From NCBI RefSeq assembly GCF_009834535.1, contig NC_045696.1, positions 61,630,001 through 61,694,000 of the forward strand: a stretch of 64,000 bases of DNA. Direction: 5' to 3'. Each line of letters opens with the position of its first letter. Positions within the stretch are counted from its first letter, which is position 1. The notes under the pieces are model-generated. The model saw only the letters and a program-made list of their open reading frames with translations. It was not told the origin of the DNA and did no database searches. Source of the DNA: Camelus ferus. Its lineage: Eukaryota. A program made the translations under genes and the position numbers. Below are positions 26,945-40,284 of this stretch, piece by piece.

Positions 26945-27470
26945 ACGGATTCTAACATAGATATTTGTATACCAGTGTTCATAGCAGCATTATTCACAAT
27001 GGCTAAAATTTAGAAACAACCCAAATGTCCATTGATGGATGAATGAAGAAACAAAATGTGGTCTGTACACACAATGGAATATTACTCAACCATAAAAAGG
27101 AATGAAATTGTGACACATGCTATAATAACATGGAGGAACCTTGAAAACATTATCCTAAATGAAATATGCCAGGCAGAAAAGAACAGATATTATATGATTC
27201 CACTTATATGAAGGACCTAGAACAGGCAAATGTATGGAGAAAGAAAGAATAGTGGTTACCAGGGGCTGTGGGGAGGGAGGAATGGGGAGTTATTGTTTAA
27301 TGGGTACAGAATTTCACTTTGGGATGATGGAAAAGTTCTAGAGAAGGATAGAGTTCTAGAGGGTTGGTGAGATTGCACAACACTGTGCGTGTATTTAATG
27401 TTACCAAATTGTACACTCAAAAAAGGGTCAAAATGGTAAATTATTTGTATATTTTACCACAATAAAAAGT
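26945..27470 (+). mobile_element. LINE-1 (L1MB-like) 3' end inserted in a MIR
   Basis: 'gttcatagcagcattattcacaat...aaacaacccaaatgtcc...ttttaccacaataaaaa', with an imperfect TSD (aaaatggggataat / aaaagtggagataat). Confidence 0.88.
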
Positions 27471-30400
27471 GGAGATAATTCCTACTACATACAACTGTTG
27501 TAAGTATTAAATGAGATCAGGTATCTGTAAGAAGCCTTTGCAACCTCAACTGCTATTATTATTACCAACCAATAGCATTAAGTTATAATCCAATTGTTTT
27601 GGCTTTATCCAAAAATTCCCTAAAAATCATTATTTTGAGGGGAGGGGATTAAAAAAAATCACATTACTCTCATTTCTCTGTGAATTCAAGTAAGTTTCAG
27701 AGAGAAGAAAAAAAATTAGCCTTAGAACAAGTAGCCCACCTTGCCAGTACAATCTGAAGGATTTTGAAAAGGACAAAATTATCTCCCTTACTGTCCTGAT
27801 ACCAAACCATGAAAATGTTGTTATTTTTTGTCATTACCTTTAGAAATACCTATTAAAAAGGGTATCAGTCATTCACAATTTAGTGTGAACTGCTTTCCTC
27901 CTAATTCTAGCTGAGAACACTAAGGCAGTGATTATCAAATCCTTTTTCCTTCTGACAAGACGTAAACTTTTTTTTCAAATAAAATACCTGATTTTGCAAT
28001 TTCAATTAAATTGAAGTTAAATTAATCAAATTGACCCAGAAGATTAAAAAAGTAAGGAGCTTTTTTCTTCTTTAAATTTTTTTCTGGAACTTTTTTTGAA
28101 AGTTAAATCAGTTGATATGCATTCTGAAGTATTTAGGGGGAGGTGTACTGATGGCTGCAATCTGTTTTGAAATGCATCAAAGAATAGGATGGATTGAAGG
28201 ATAGGTAGACAGATAGATATGTGGTAAAAACATGTATAGTAAAATGTTAATAATATGTTCTAGGTGGTGGGCATGCCAGTGATCACTGTTAAGTTTTTTC
28301 AACTTTGCAGTTTGTTAAATTTTTTTCATAATAAAAATTTGGGGAAAAGTTAAATTACTAATAGTACTTAATAACTGCTCACTTTTCTTTTCATAAACAT
28401 AAAAATCAAATAATAAAAAATTTTTAAACTTCCATAGGAGTTATAACTATCTATAATATAGTATCTTATTATATGGTTTATTGGATTATTGTGCAACTGA
28501 ACTATTAGGATGTGATGAGGAGGTGACACGTACTGGACCTTGTAGGATGAACAGAAGTTCGGCAGTTGGACAAGATCAGAAAAAGGGCCTTTCCCACAGA
28601 GGAAATAATGTGTGATTTAGTCAAGGATAGCCAGTATCCCAGGGTGGATCGGGCTTGTGGCATTGACGTTGAGTTTTGCTGGACTCACAGACTAGGTCTG
28701 AGCCTCAATTTACCAAATGAAACATGAAGATAATAACATTCACTTGCTAGGATTTTGTGATGATTATTGCATGTAGAGCACTGGGAATGGTGCTTATCCA
28801 ACGTGAGCATTCAATAAACATTTACAATTAAGAGCCTGGAAGGCCGTCTGTGAGCTTGAATACTCTCCCATCGAGCTGGTCGGTCATCAGGAATCCATAT
28901 TGTTTCATTCCTCACTTGTGCTCTTTCTCAGGAGAACCTGGATCAGTGGTTGGTTGGGGTGACATATTTCCACTCTGGGCAGTAAGCCTCAGTTATCACC
29001 TATAACCCCTTCAGTCTGTAGTCCCCCACAGACTCTGGGTGGTCTCTCCTCCTCTGAACAGTCCCAAGGTCCACACCCTGCAGCTCACATGGAAGGGAGA
29101 GGGACTGCAGCTCCTGTTTTCTTTCTTTTAACACCAGCTCCCTGTTTGCACAGAGCAAGTCTGCCTTCTCTTTAACCTGACACTACCTCATCTTACTAAC
29201 GAAGTCCACAAAATTTCCTTTTTGACAAAGCCTTTTCACACACATTCTCTCACTGTCTTGACACAACCCTGTGAAGTCAGTAGAGCAGCTATTATTGTCA
29301 CCCAGAGCCACATTGTCACCACCTGAGTGAAGTGATCAAAGAGAACAAACCTGTGATACTGAGCGGAAATGACAAGTTTGAAACGAATGCATTATTGGCT
29401 GGGTGCCTATCCACAGAGTATGTGGGTCTCTCTCTACAAAGGTGACACCACCAGCCTAGTAAGAGCAAGGTGTTAACACCCCAGTGGGAACAGATTTGCA
29501 TTTTTTAAGACCTGTGGCTAGAGGCAGCCTGTGGCTATGGGACAGGACAGAGTGAATTGACTTCTGTTGGTTCTAAAGGGTTGACCCTGACCACACGGGG
29601 AAGCTGGTTGACTCATTTGTAGCCTTGAGGAGACCAAGTCAGCAGGGTAGTGTGCAGGCAGTGCTCCACACCTTAGCTGCCTGGACTCACCATAGGAAAA
29701 GCCCAAGGGAAGAAGAGCAGCTGTGGCCTCCGGCCTCCCTCCAGGTGGAGGCAAAGCCTCAACCATTCCCAGAGAAGAATCCTCACGAGAGCCTTTGTGG
29801 AGCCTGGTTGACCCAGTGTGCTAGGCTCTAGTGGGAACAAGTGATCTGGATTTGAAACCAGCGCTTGGAAACCATGTCATAGCATTCCCTGTGGCACCTT
29901 GTCCGTGTCGTTTCATCTCTCTGGCCTGAGTGTTCTCACCTCCAAAATACTGGTGGGTGGTCCCTTCAGAATGCTATGTTCTTCTCAGAAGGTTGGTCAG
30001 TTACTAAATTTAAATGAAAGTGCAATTGCTGTAAGAGTCACGTGTCACAGTACTGTCCTTTCTCACAGCAGTTCTTAGGCCCACACATTCAAGGAGCATT
30101 CCAACAAATTCAGATGATGCAACTCCTTACTTACTTGTCCAGGCTTAGAGGGGGATCCAAGTCCTAGAAGCAAATGCAAAGGGGCCCCAGTAGCACAACC
30201 AGCTGCTCACAAAACAGTGAGCTCCCACCCTGCATGTGTTTAAGGACAGGCAGGTAGACAGCCTGCCAAGGATGAGGATGCTGTAATGACGGCAAAAACT
30301 ATTTCTTGAACTTTCTTGTAAAAGTTGTCCTAACACAGTAATAAGTTGCAACGCAGGCATTCTGATTCCCATTTGACTGGGGAGGATACGGAGGCCAAGA

Positions 30401-31170
30401 AGCTGAGTGATGTACCCAAGATCAGAGCCAGGCTTTGAAGCTGTTCCATCTGTTCCCATATGCTGGGCTCTTCCTTTACCCTTACAGCCTTTCCCGGGGC
30501 TAAGCTAAGAACATTGAATCCCAATTCTAAAACCCCTGGACTATGAAAAATAAAAGTAGTGTCTGTAATAAAACTTATTTTAATTATTAGTCAGTGGTAT
30601 TTTTTCTTCTGTTGAGTCCACATGATCCTTTTAAGCACATTCACAGTAATTTCAATTCTAAGTACCTATAAGAAATTCTCTATTTCAGTGATACTTACTA
30701 GGCTCTGATTATGACATATATTTTAATTTTTAATTAATAATATATTGTTTCTATTCTTTTAAAACTTGTCTTAATATTGTAATTGAAGTTAATTGTTGGA
30801 AAATTAGAAAATACAGAGAAGCAAAAATAAAGATATGGAAAAAGTAAATATCAGGTGCAACTCTCCCCACTGTTGCAATTCTGATATGTGTGTATCCTTT
30901 CAAGTATTTTCTATGCCCATGCAGATAGGTGCATATTCTTCTAATGGACTTGAGATCATACTATATAGTTTCGTACTTTTCTTTTTCTTAATACTATTTC
31001 ATTATGAACATCTTTCCACGTCAGATATATTCCTACCAAAGCATTTTAATTTCCACACATTATCCCTATCATGTAAGCTGTATCATAATGTATTTAGCGA
31101 ATCCTTTCATTGTTGGACTTTTAGGTGGTTTCCTTCTTTTTTATTATTTCTAATGTTGCAACGAATATTT

Positions 31171-31287
31171 TTTTCAGGGGGAGGTAATTAGGTTTATTTG
31201 TTTGTTTATTTTTAGAGGAGGTACTGGGGATTGAACCCAGGACCTCGTTAAGAATACGCTCTACCGCTTGAGCTATACCCTCCCCCC
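31171..31287 (-). mobile_element. tRNA-derived SINE (camelid vic-1-like)
   Basis: 'ggggattgaacccaggacctc...gagctataccctccc'; TSD caa(c/t)gaatattt. Confidence 0.85.
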
Positions 31288-34200
31288 ACAATGAATATTT
31301 CTATAAAAATATTTTTACATACATTGTCATCCCTTAGGATAAATTCCTAGAAGTAGAATTGTTGAATAACATAATCTGTTTTTAGGGTCTTTGATAAATC
31401 ATGTTAAATCATCCTTTAGAAAAAGTGTGCCAGTTCATTCTCTCCTACCTGCAGGATATAAGACAATTTTTTTTTTTTGGCAGGGGGGCACTCAAAAGTC
31501 ATTGTATTGCCTATATTTTAACAAATTCATTATTAAGAGAGAAAGCCAGTGAAGCAGGTCGTGAGGTCTGAATTCATACATCTCAATTCTAAATGCTCTT
31601 TTGCTCTAATCCTCAACCTGCAAGTTCTTTTTACATGAAATATAGGAATCTATTAATCTGACCAAAAATACAACTGGTTCTTTACTTTTATAACTATTCT
31701 GCATTTTCTTTTACATGTAATTCCAAAATCAAAATTTAAAAAAAATCTTTGGATTTAAAAGTACACAATTTGGACTTTTTTCCAAAGAAAATATAGAAAT
31801 GGTCAATGAACACATGAAAAATACTCAACATTATTAATCATTAGGAAAATGCAAATTGAAACAACAAAAAGATAGCACTTCACACCCAATTGGACGGCTA
31901 TAATAAAAATGACAGAAAATGACAAGTGTTGGTGAGAATGAGGAGGAATTAGAACATTAGTAATGTTGCAGACATCACACCCTTTACTTCTAAATAATTC
32001 AATGTATATTTTCTAAGAACAAGGACAGTCTTCCATAACCACAGTACAGTGATCAAAATCTGGAAAATTAACATTGATATAATACTATTATTTCAAATGT
32101 TGTCTGTATTCAGATTTTACCAAGTTCCCCAGTAAGGCCCCTACAGTAATTTGATCATTTGCTTAAGGAGGTGTTTGCCAGTTTTTCCACTATAAAGCTG
32201 TTATTTTCACCTTTGTAAAATTAACAAGTAACTTGTATTAATAAGATACTCTAAGACTATATGAATATCTTGTTTCCCAACAAGTTTTTACTCTTTAGTT
32301 TTACCATCCCTTGTGATTTTTGCCTGTAGGGTGCACTTTGAAAAATACATTCCTACATTCAGACTTCAGCCCCTTTCTGTAATTTACAGGTAGCATTATA
32401 AAGCTTATACGTGCTTTTTTGAAATACTACGTTCAGTTTTGTCTTTTGTTTAAGCTTATTAAAGAGCACAAGTTGTGTTTTAGTTAGGTTCTTTTTGTTG
32501 CTAAGATGCAACATTTGGGCCATCCTCTGGGGTGGTGATGGTGGTGAGGTGCTATTATGAAAAACTGTGGAGCTTGGAAATGGACCTGGCTGGGGAAAGA
32601 ACCACCAGAAACCTGGAGAGGCAGCCTTGATCCCGTTCTCTCCATCCTCTCTCCCAGCCTGCACAGTCTGCCTCTTGTCATTCTTCCTGGTCTCTGCTCT
32701 CTGCTGACTGTCTATTCTTTTCTGTCTACGTGCCTCAGCATTTAGCTCATACTTCTGCTTCCTCATGGCAAGATCCCTCAAAAATTCAACTCTGTCTCTC
32801 TCTGTGTGCCTCTTAGCTCCAATTTCCACTGCAAATTACCTAATTGTCTTCCTTGTGTCTCTGCATTGACACTTCTCATAGGATGTTGGCCACATGTAAT
32901 GACTGACCCCCCCTTGAGGTCAGGTGCTTCCTCAAGATCCTGTCAGCTTCGTGGACATGCAGGTGGTGGTGGGGTCATGAGCTTCTCATGAGGGCTGCCT
33001 CGGGCTGCCCCACCAGAGGGACTGTGGGTGTGGTGGGCAGAGCAACTGACCTGGACAGTGGAAGGGACAGCAACTGTGTTTCCTGAACCACAACCAGGCC
33101 ACACAATCTAACACTTCTGTGCCCCTTTCAGGTGTAAGAGAAGCAGTCTGGAAACTCTAGACATTCAAATCATTTTGAATGTCAAAATGTTAGAATTTTC
33201 AGGATAGTTCAAACTTTACGTGTCATGCATTTTAAATTTAACAAATGTTTACTGAGCACGTTTCTGAGAAAAATGTACATTCCTGGAAATTTGGGGGCAG
33301 AAGATTAACCGTAATTTCCCCTCTGCCTTTAGGACCTCCAACATTTATTTCATTTTTCCCATTTTTTTATTTTGAAAAATTTCAAAACTACAGAAAAGTT
33401 AAAAGAAAGTACAAAGCTAAATTTGCCATTTGGTAATATTTTGCTTCAATTTTCTCTGTCTCTTTGTTGAGCCATTCGAAAGAAGGCTGCATAAATTGTA
33501 GACATCATGAAACTTCACGCCTGGATACTTCAGCATGTATGTCCTAAGAATAAGGGCATTTTTCTACATAACTGCAACATCATTATCATAGCAAAGAAAA
33601 TGAGCAATAATCTGGTAATATCATCTGTACATAATATCATCTGAAAACACACCATTTAGTACACATGTAAATTTCCCCAATTGCCTCAAATTTTTCTTTC
33701 AGAGATTTTTTTAAAATCCAAAATCCACTCAAGGTACATGCATTGGACTTGGCTATTATGTTTCTTAGTTACTTGTTATCAGACCTCTCCCCTCCCCAGC
33801 CTTTCTTTGTTTTTTTTAAGACTGACTGTTTTGAAGAATCCAAGTCAGTTGTTTTGTAGGACATCTTACAGCCTGGATCTTTATGATTGTTTTCTCATGA
33901 CTGAGCTCAGGGCAAACATTTTTGGCAAGGGTGCTACTGAGATGGGACTCTGGGTTTCCCAAGGCACCACACCTGGAGACTCAGGGTGCAGGTGGTCTCC
34001 CCATGGGAGATGCTAAGTATGAACGTTTGGTGCCAGTTGAGATCACTTTTTTTTTTTTTTTTGCTAAGAATCAGAGACCAGAGCTGCTTGCCTGAGGCTT
34101 TCAAATACTTCTTGGTAGTAGGAAGTATTTGAAGTGGCCAAAACTCGGGTTTCTCGTCTTTATTATCCATTCTCTGTGGTATGTGACCAGCTGACCTTCC

Positions 34201-37200
34201 CTTTCTCCCAGGATCCCAGGTGGGATTTGCTCTTTCATTTTTAAACAAAGGCAGACTCCCTTTCTGTGGAGCCCTCTACCTAGCCCCTGTGCCCTGTGTG
34301 CTCAGGGATGTCACCGGCCCCCATTTATGTCCCGCACGTGTGCAAACTCTGTCTCTAGAGATTCTCCCCCTCCATCCCCCTTCCCCAACCAGTCTATGCA
34401 TATTTGTTTCTAACACCAAATATCTCTGAGAGTTCCCCACTCTCTCGTTCAAGACCTCTTTCTTTAAAGCTTTTTCAGCTTATCTGATTACTTTGAGGAG
34501 GAAATTCTCAATTACGTGCTAATGTATGTTAACACTCTTAGCACTTGCTAATAGCGCCTTTAGCAAGGAGGTGGCAATCCCAGCTCTGGAGGCAGCTGCT
34601 GTAGTAGCGGCAGCAGCTGGAGGAGGTGGAGAGGTGAGAGAGTGGAGAGAGTGAGGGGAGTGAGGGGGTGATGCTCAGGGTGCCCTTGAATACTAGAAAT
34701 CCAGCATCCTCTCCTGAAAATGAATCAAACAACACCAACAAAGCAAAACCAAAACTCAGGTTAGAGCTGCTGCTTAGCATTCCCAGACTTAGAGGATGAG
34801 GAGACCTTTTTATGGACAGAAATACCTGGAGATCTGCCCCTACCTGATGGTTGTGTTTTTTACTATCAGCTGATGAAGACATTATACAACATATGGCGTA
34901 TTAATTTTTATGTATTTCAAGAAAGCTACTTGGAATTAATAACCCTTAAAAGAAGAAGTTATAGTTTATTAATACAGAAAAATCTACATCCATTTCAAAG
35001 AAAATAGTGCACATTTGTGTTTGCAGAGGATCTGACAAAAACAGGGACGCTGCTGCACTCCTAGTCTATTCTGATTCTGATGGTAGGGACATGAAAATTT
35101 CAGGGCTTCAAGAAGCAGAGACAAGCAGGTCAAAAGGGTCCACTCATCCTTTCTTCCCTGTCCATTGCAAAAGCAAGTATCACCCACACGTGTCCTGGAC
35201 TGGACAGGAGCCACCCCTTGGCCTGCATGTGACCATCTTCTTCCATCTAAGCAATCCTGAGTTTACAACTTGAGCCGCACCTTATAGTCAAGCCACTGCC
35301 AGCAGGATCAGGATGGTCCTTCCAAAAGGAGTAAATGTTCTCATCCCTTTCATTGTTTACACAGCCCACAGGGCCATCCAATCAGCCTTCTTTTCCCTTA
35401 CTTGGCTCAGTGAAGCAAGGGCTTCTCCCTATTATTTTGTGGAAATGGAAAAAGCAAATAAGCATAGTTTCTGAAACAAAGAGGATTTTTTTTTGTAGCT
35501 GATATGCATTCTTCTTCCTCGCTGTCAGTGTTCTCTTATTTCAGAATATAGTCAGCTATTTTTATGAAATGAATTTGATTTCACCACTTATTTATTATGA
35601 CCAGATCTGGAGAGAGAAAAGCCAGACAAAAAGCCATATTGCCTCTCTGACTGAAAAAGGAACACTCTTTACAAACAAGGGATGGATGTGGGGTTGAATC
35701 ACACGTTTCCATGATAACCAGTTAGAAAGCATAATATCAAGATGAATGGTTATGTAGAGGATGCCATCAAGCACTTGAGGTCCTAATATTTCAAGGACTT
35801 CTTAGAGAGGAACCAGGATGGACATTCTGTGATGACACAAACAGAATAGTTAGAAGATAAAGAAAAAAATATAAATGCAACAGCAAGAGGAGTTTGCTTT
35901 AACATGAGGTTGGATTTATAATCTTGATATTTCCAAGTCAGGTGTGTTACAGACACAGTATAGAATCTTGGCTCCTGCACCAGGGTCAGTGGGGTCTTGT
36001 CCCTTCAAAGCTTTTCGCTAATTCAAAGCTCACGGTCTCTGGCTTGAGTCATAACCATGATAGCTATAACAGGGTAAAAGATAGAGGGACACTGTAGAAT
36101 TCGTTAACTGACTCAAAGAATATAGGCTTTGTAGACCCTATATAAGAGAGAATGGAATTTACCATTTTCTGCTTCTGCACTTGGAAAGAATTCTTTAACT
36201 TTGCCATCTGGTTTAAGAACAGATACAAGCAGATTCTGTTAATGCCATCTGCTTCCCGTGTCAGGATCTCAGGTCTTATATAGGATATTCCCCCAGTGGT
36301 CACCCAGACCAGGAAGAGACATAACACTGATTCACATCCTACTTGGAACATGGGTTGATTTGTAGTTCCTTTGTATTAACTCTGTGGCTCCCACAGTGGT
36401 TCTCAGCCTATGAAATGGGCACCATTGATGCAAACCCTTTTAATTATAATGAGAGGAGGTTCCAGGTTACCTCATTTAAATTGTTAATGTCATGCTGTCA
36501 TGTGTGCCCCCTGTCATAGTTGTTCTTCATTCACTTCCCTTTCTCCAGCAAAAATGTATCTAAGATGAGCAACATTCGGCTTAAAAAATTGATGTTTTTC
36601 AGAAGATATCAGACAGATAGGAGTAAAGTGGGACAGTTACTTTTTTAAAAGCACACTCAAGCATAGACGCTCTCATACAGCTGGAGACACTGTGGAGTGG
36701 TCCTCACCCAACTGAGGTTAAGTGTGGGTGGAGAGAAGCAGTCCCGAGCACACAGGAGAGGTGTCATGGGATTTTCCAGTGAGATCTGGCATCCCAACTG
36801 TCTGTCTTGTACTCTTCGCTGTGCTGTGGCTCTGAGGAAGGTTTCTGCAGCTAATGCTCCACAAAGAGTGTTTCTCAACCTAAACGGTTACTATTTTGAA
36901 AGTCTTTTATTGCTTTTCAGAGCCATTACACACCATACCTTTTGGTTTAGTATTGCTCCAAAACCATTCTCACTTACATCATTATATTAGTCAGGCTCCA
37001 AATAGGAAACAGAAACACATAGATTATTTAAAACAGAGGAAATTTAAAGCAGAAAGTTGGCTACACATGATGGAAGAGGCTGAGAAGCCAACCAGAGAAC
37101 AGACCATTAACCCAGAGATTAGCAACTTCAGAAAGCTGCCCCCTCCCCTAGGCCTTGGGGAGGACAGAGGGAGGATGTTACTAGAGCTTCGGAGTCACCA

Positions 37201-38255
37201 GAAGAAGCTCAAGGGCCTCTCCTTAGGCAGAGAGAGAGGAAGAGAAATATCATGGATTTTCTCCTTCTACCTTTTAACTAACCTCCCACTAGTGCCTCCC
37301 ATTGACCAAACCAGCTGGAGGCCAGCTGACACCCAGAGCCTTCAGCCATCAGCCCGCTGTGATCCAGAGCAGGGTAGGGGAAGGGTAAACCATGGGTCTG
37401 AGGGCAAACGGCTCTCAACCAGCATAGTCATCTGTTACTGGGATTAGTCCTTTTCTTTCTGTCCAAATAACAGAAGTTTATTCTGGAATTTATTAATGTA
37501 GAATTTTTAATTCAACCTTCCCACATAACTTTCACACATTTACTCTGTATAATGATATATTCATTCTTTCAGCCAAATTCGATTTTTCCCCTTCTTTATG
37601 TAGCTGTTGAATTACCTTGGAGGTTACACATTAGAGTAAACGATGACTTAACCAGCCCATTGGTGTTTGGAATTCATGAGTAACAATTATGTTATTAACT
37701 ACCTTTATAGTTAATGAAGCACTTTTATATATACTATTTGATTTTCATGAAAATTCTGAGTAGTTATTGTTATCTCCATTTTATATAAGGATTATCTGAG
37801 TCTCGGAGATTTTACGTGAATTGCTCAAGGACAAATAACAAATCCTGGAGCCAGAATTCAAATCCTGGTCTGTCTGGTTCCAAATCCCATAATCTTCCCA
37901 CACTGCCTCATGGGAGATGGGGTCACCCAGAGGGCACAGCAAGAGTCTTTCTGGGCCGGTTGGCTGAGTTTAGGAGAAAATATGCTTTAAATTTGCAAAA
38001 ATTTTTTTGCTGATCCAGAAATTAAAATTACACTCTGGGCATAACTGACGCCAGGTCTATCTAGCATACCAGTCTAAAGAGTTACATTCTCCCTGAAAAA
38101 ACTACACTCTTGCCCTGAACACATCTAGACTCAGTATCAGTACACAGGGCTGGCTATTCCGGTGTCACAGCAGCATGTACCGTCCCAAGCCTGACAAAGG
38201 GGATGAGGGACTAAAGGAGTAAGTCCATGGTTCACATCTTCCATCTCTTCTATTT

Positions 38256-38420
38256 CTCGCTCTCTCTCTCTCTTTTTTTTTTTTTTTTTTTTCTTTTTTT
38301 TGGCTGGGGGAGGTAGTTAGGTTTATTTACTTATCTATTCTTAGAGGAGGCACTGGGGATTGCTCCCAGGACCTCATGCATGCTAAGCATGCACTCTTCC
38401 ACTTGAGCTATACCCTCCTC
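38256..38420 (-). mobile_element. tRNA-derived SINE (camelid vic-1-like) with long T tail
   Basis: 'ccaggacctcatgcatgctaagcatgcactcttccacttgagctataccctcc'. Confidence 0.85.
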
Positions 38421-38436
38421 TTTTCCTGTCTCTTCT

Positions 38437-38597
38437 CAATAAAATACAGGGCACTCAGTGAAATTTCAATGTCAGACAATGAATTTTTTTAGTGTATGTT
38501 CCAAATATTGCATGAGACATATTTACCCTAAAAAGTTATTTGTTGTTTATCCGACTTTCGAATGGCATCTTGTAACTTGCTAAGTCTGGCAACCTTA
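38437..38597. mobile_element. MER53 palindromic hAT MITE (partial)
   Basis: 'aaaatacagggcactcagtgaaatttc...ccaaatattgcatgagacata...tgctaagtctggcaacct'. Confidence 0.82.
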
Positions 38598-40176
38598 TCT
38601 CAAGGAAGGCAGTGATCACGCTTTGTGCGTGTGTGTGTGTGTGTGTTGGGAGGAGACTGAGGACAGGAGCCCATATGCCTCTGTTTTTGCCATCTGGGCC
38701 CTGTACATGCCATGAGGTAATAATTCCTGCACAGGTGCAGGAACGGAAGGAGGGCCTGGGAAGCAGACTCCCACTGTCTGGCAAACACTGATGAATCCTG
38801 AATTGGAGGTTCCCTCTGTGGTAAGGAGAACTGGCCTGACCTGAAGCGAAGGTTAAAGTTGACTTACCTGGTTTCACTTAGCTTTTTCTGTTAGTCTGTT
38901 TTCACTGGTGAGTATTCAAATCTGACCAGAAAGTTAAAATTAGCCTTAGAGATGTGTAAACTCATTCGAAGAAAAGGAAAGAGGAAGGGGCCCAAGATGG
39001 CTAGATGTGTCAGGCAGAAAGGTCTGTGGGTCCCATGGAATAGATGAGGGGGTGCGTGTTACTGCTGGTCCTGCTGGCCCCAGAGAAGACTCGAGAGCAG
39101 ACTCGGTGTCCCTTCCCGTGGGGATGTCAAGGAGAGGACGGGGCAGGTGAAATGCTGGTGCTGGGCACGTGCCTCTAATTCTAAGCACTGCAGAGCTGGG
39201 GTTGCCACTGGTCTGTGAACTCTCCCAACAAGGGGGCAGTCAACTCAGCAGCACCTGCAGGGAGAGAAATGGTTACTCATCCTGGAGCTCGGGGAGGGGG
39301 ACCTGGAGCTTCTGACAGCCCCGCCACCAAGTCAGTCTGGAACCTTGAATAAGGCCTATCCTTGGGCCTATGTACCTTGGCCCTGGAAAAATGTGATGGT
39401 GGAGGGTATACTACATTTCCATTATGCTTCCTTTTAGTTCTAAAATTCTATTGGTATATGTATCATTTTAAGCCTTCTCATGACTCCTGTTCTGTGCTCA
39501 CCGGCCAAGTAAAAGAGCCAGTAACCACACTTCATCAATAATCTTTGTTATATCTGAAGATTACTTTTTCATTTTTTCCTCAGTGGGAAATACCAAAATC
39601 CTTTTTTTAAAGGGCTGTATTCAAATGAGTTAATCAACGAGGTCTACTCTTTTCTAAAAGACTCATGCCAGCACAACAGCTATTAACTCTCTGAGACCAG
39701 AGGCTACAATTAATAATTCAATTCCAGTTCATCATTCATTGTCTCATTCATTCACTCAGCAAATATTATTGAGCTCAGGCAATGCATTGGGCAGATGTGA
39801 GCTTTGAGAGGAACATTTTAACAGAACTATGAAACATGGCAAACTCTAGGTGACCTGAGACCTGGTTCCTCAAATCATTTGCTTTTCTCTTCTGTTGCTG
39901 GACCCAGGAGTTTCAGGTTCAGCCACCTGCTCATCAAATGGCAGAGGCAAAATGAAAATGAATTCTTGTTGACAGCTGCAGTGAAAGGTTGACAGTGTTG
40001 GCTAACTTGAGGTATTTGAATCTTCTACGGGTTTCCACCTCCCTGTAGCTGTGGGCCGCCAAAACCGGACATAACAGAGAACTGGCTTTTTCTACTGGGA
40101 GTGCAGGGCAGCCCTCTGGGATGTCCTTCTCTTACCTGTGTCTTCCTTGCCCTCTGTCCACAGTGCTGTACTTGAG

Positions 40177-40284
40177 ATGGAGTTATTGCCCCTCTGGCTC
40201 TGCCTGGGTTTTCACTTCTTGATGGTGGAATGGAGGAACCGAAGTGGAAGGGTCACAGCAGCTTCCCAAGGGGGCTGCAAGTTG
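40177..40284 (+). CDS. NRROS: NRROS/LRRC33 first coding exon (gene exon 2, 40164-40284): signal peptide and start of the LRR N-cap, 36 codons
   Basis: Pyrimidine tract and CAG acceptor at 40161-40163; strong Kozak context gagATGg at 40177. Translates MELLPLWLCLGFHFLMVEWRNRSGRVTAASQGGCKL, matching the NRROS N-terminus. Phase-0 donor TTG|GTGAGT at 40285. Confidence 0.96.

Noticed and set aside
36896..37447. 183-aa ORF in NRROS intron 1
   Set aside because: Largely overlaps an ERVL-type LTR remnant, has a non-ATG start and no recognisable domain.
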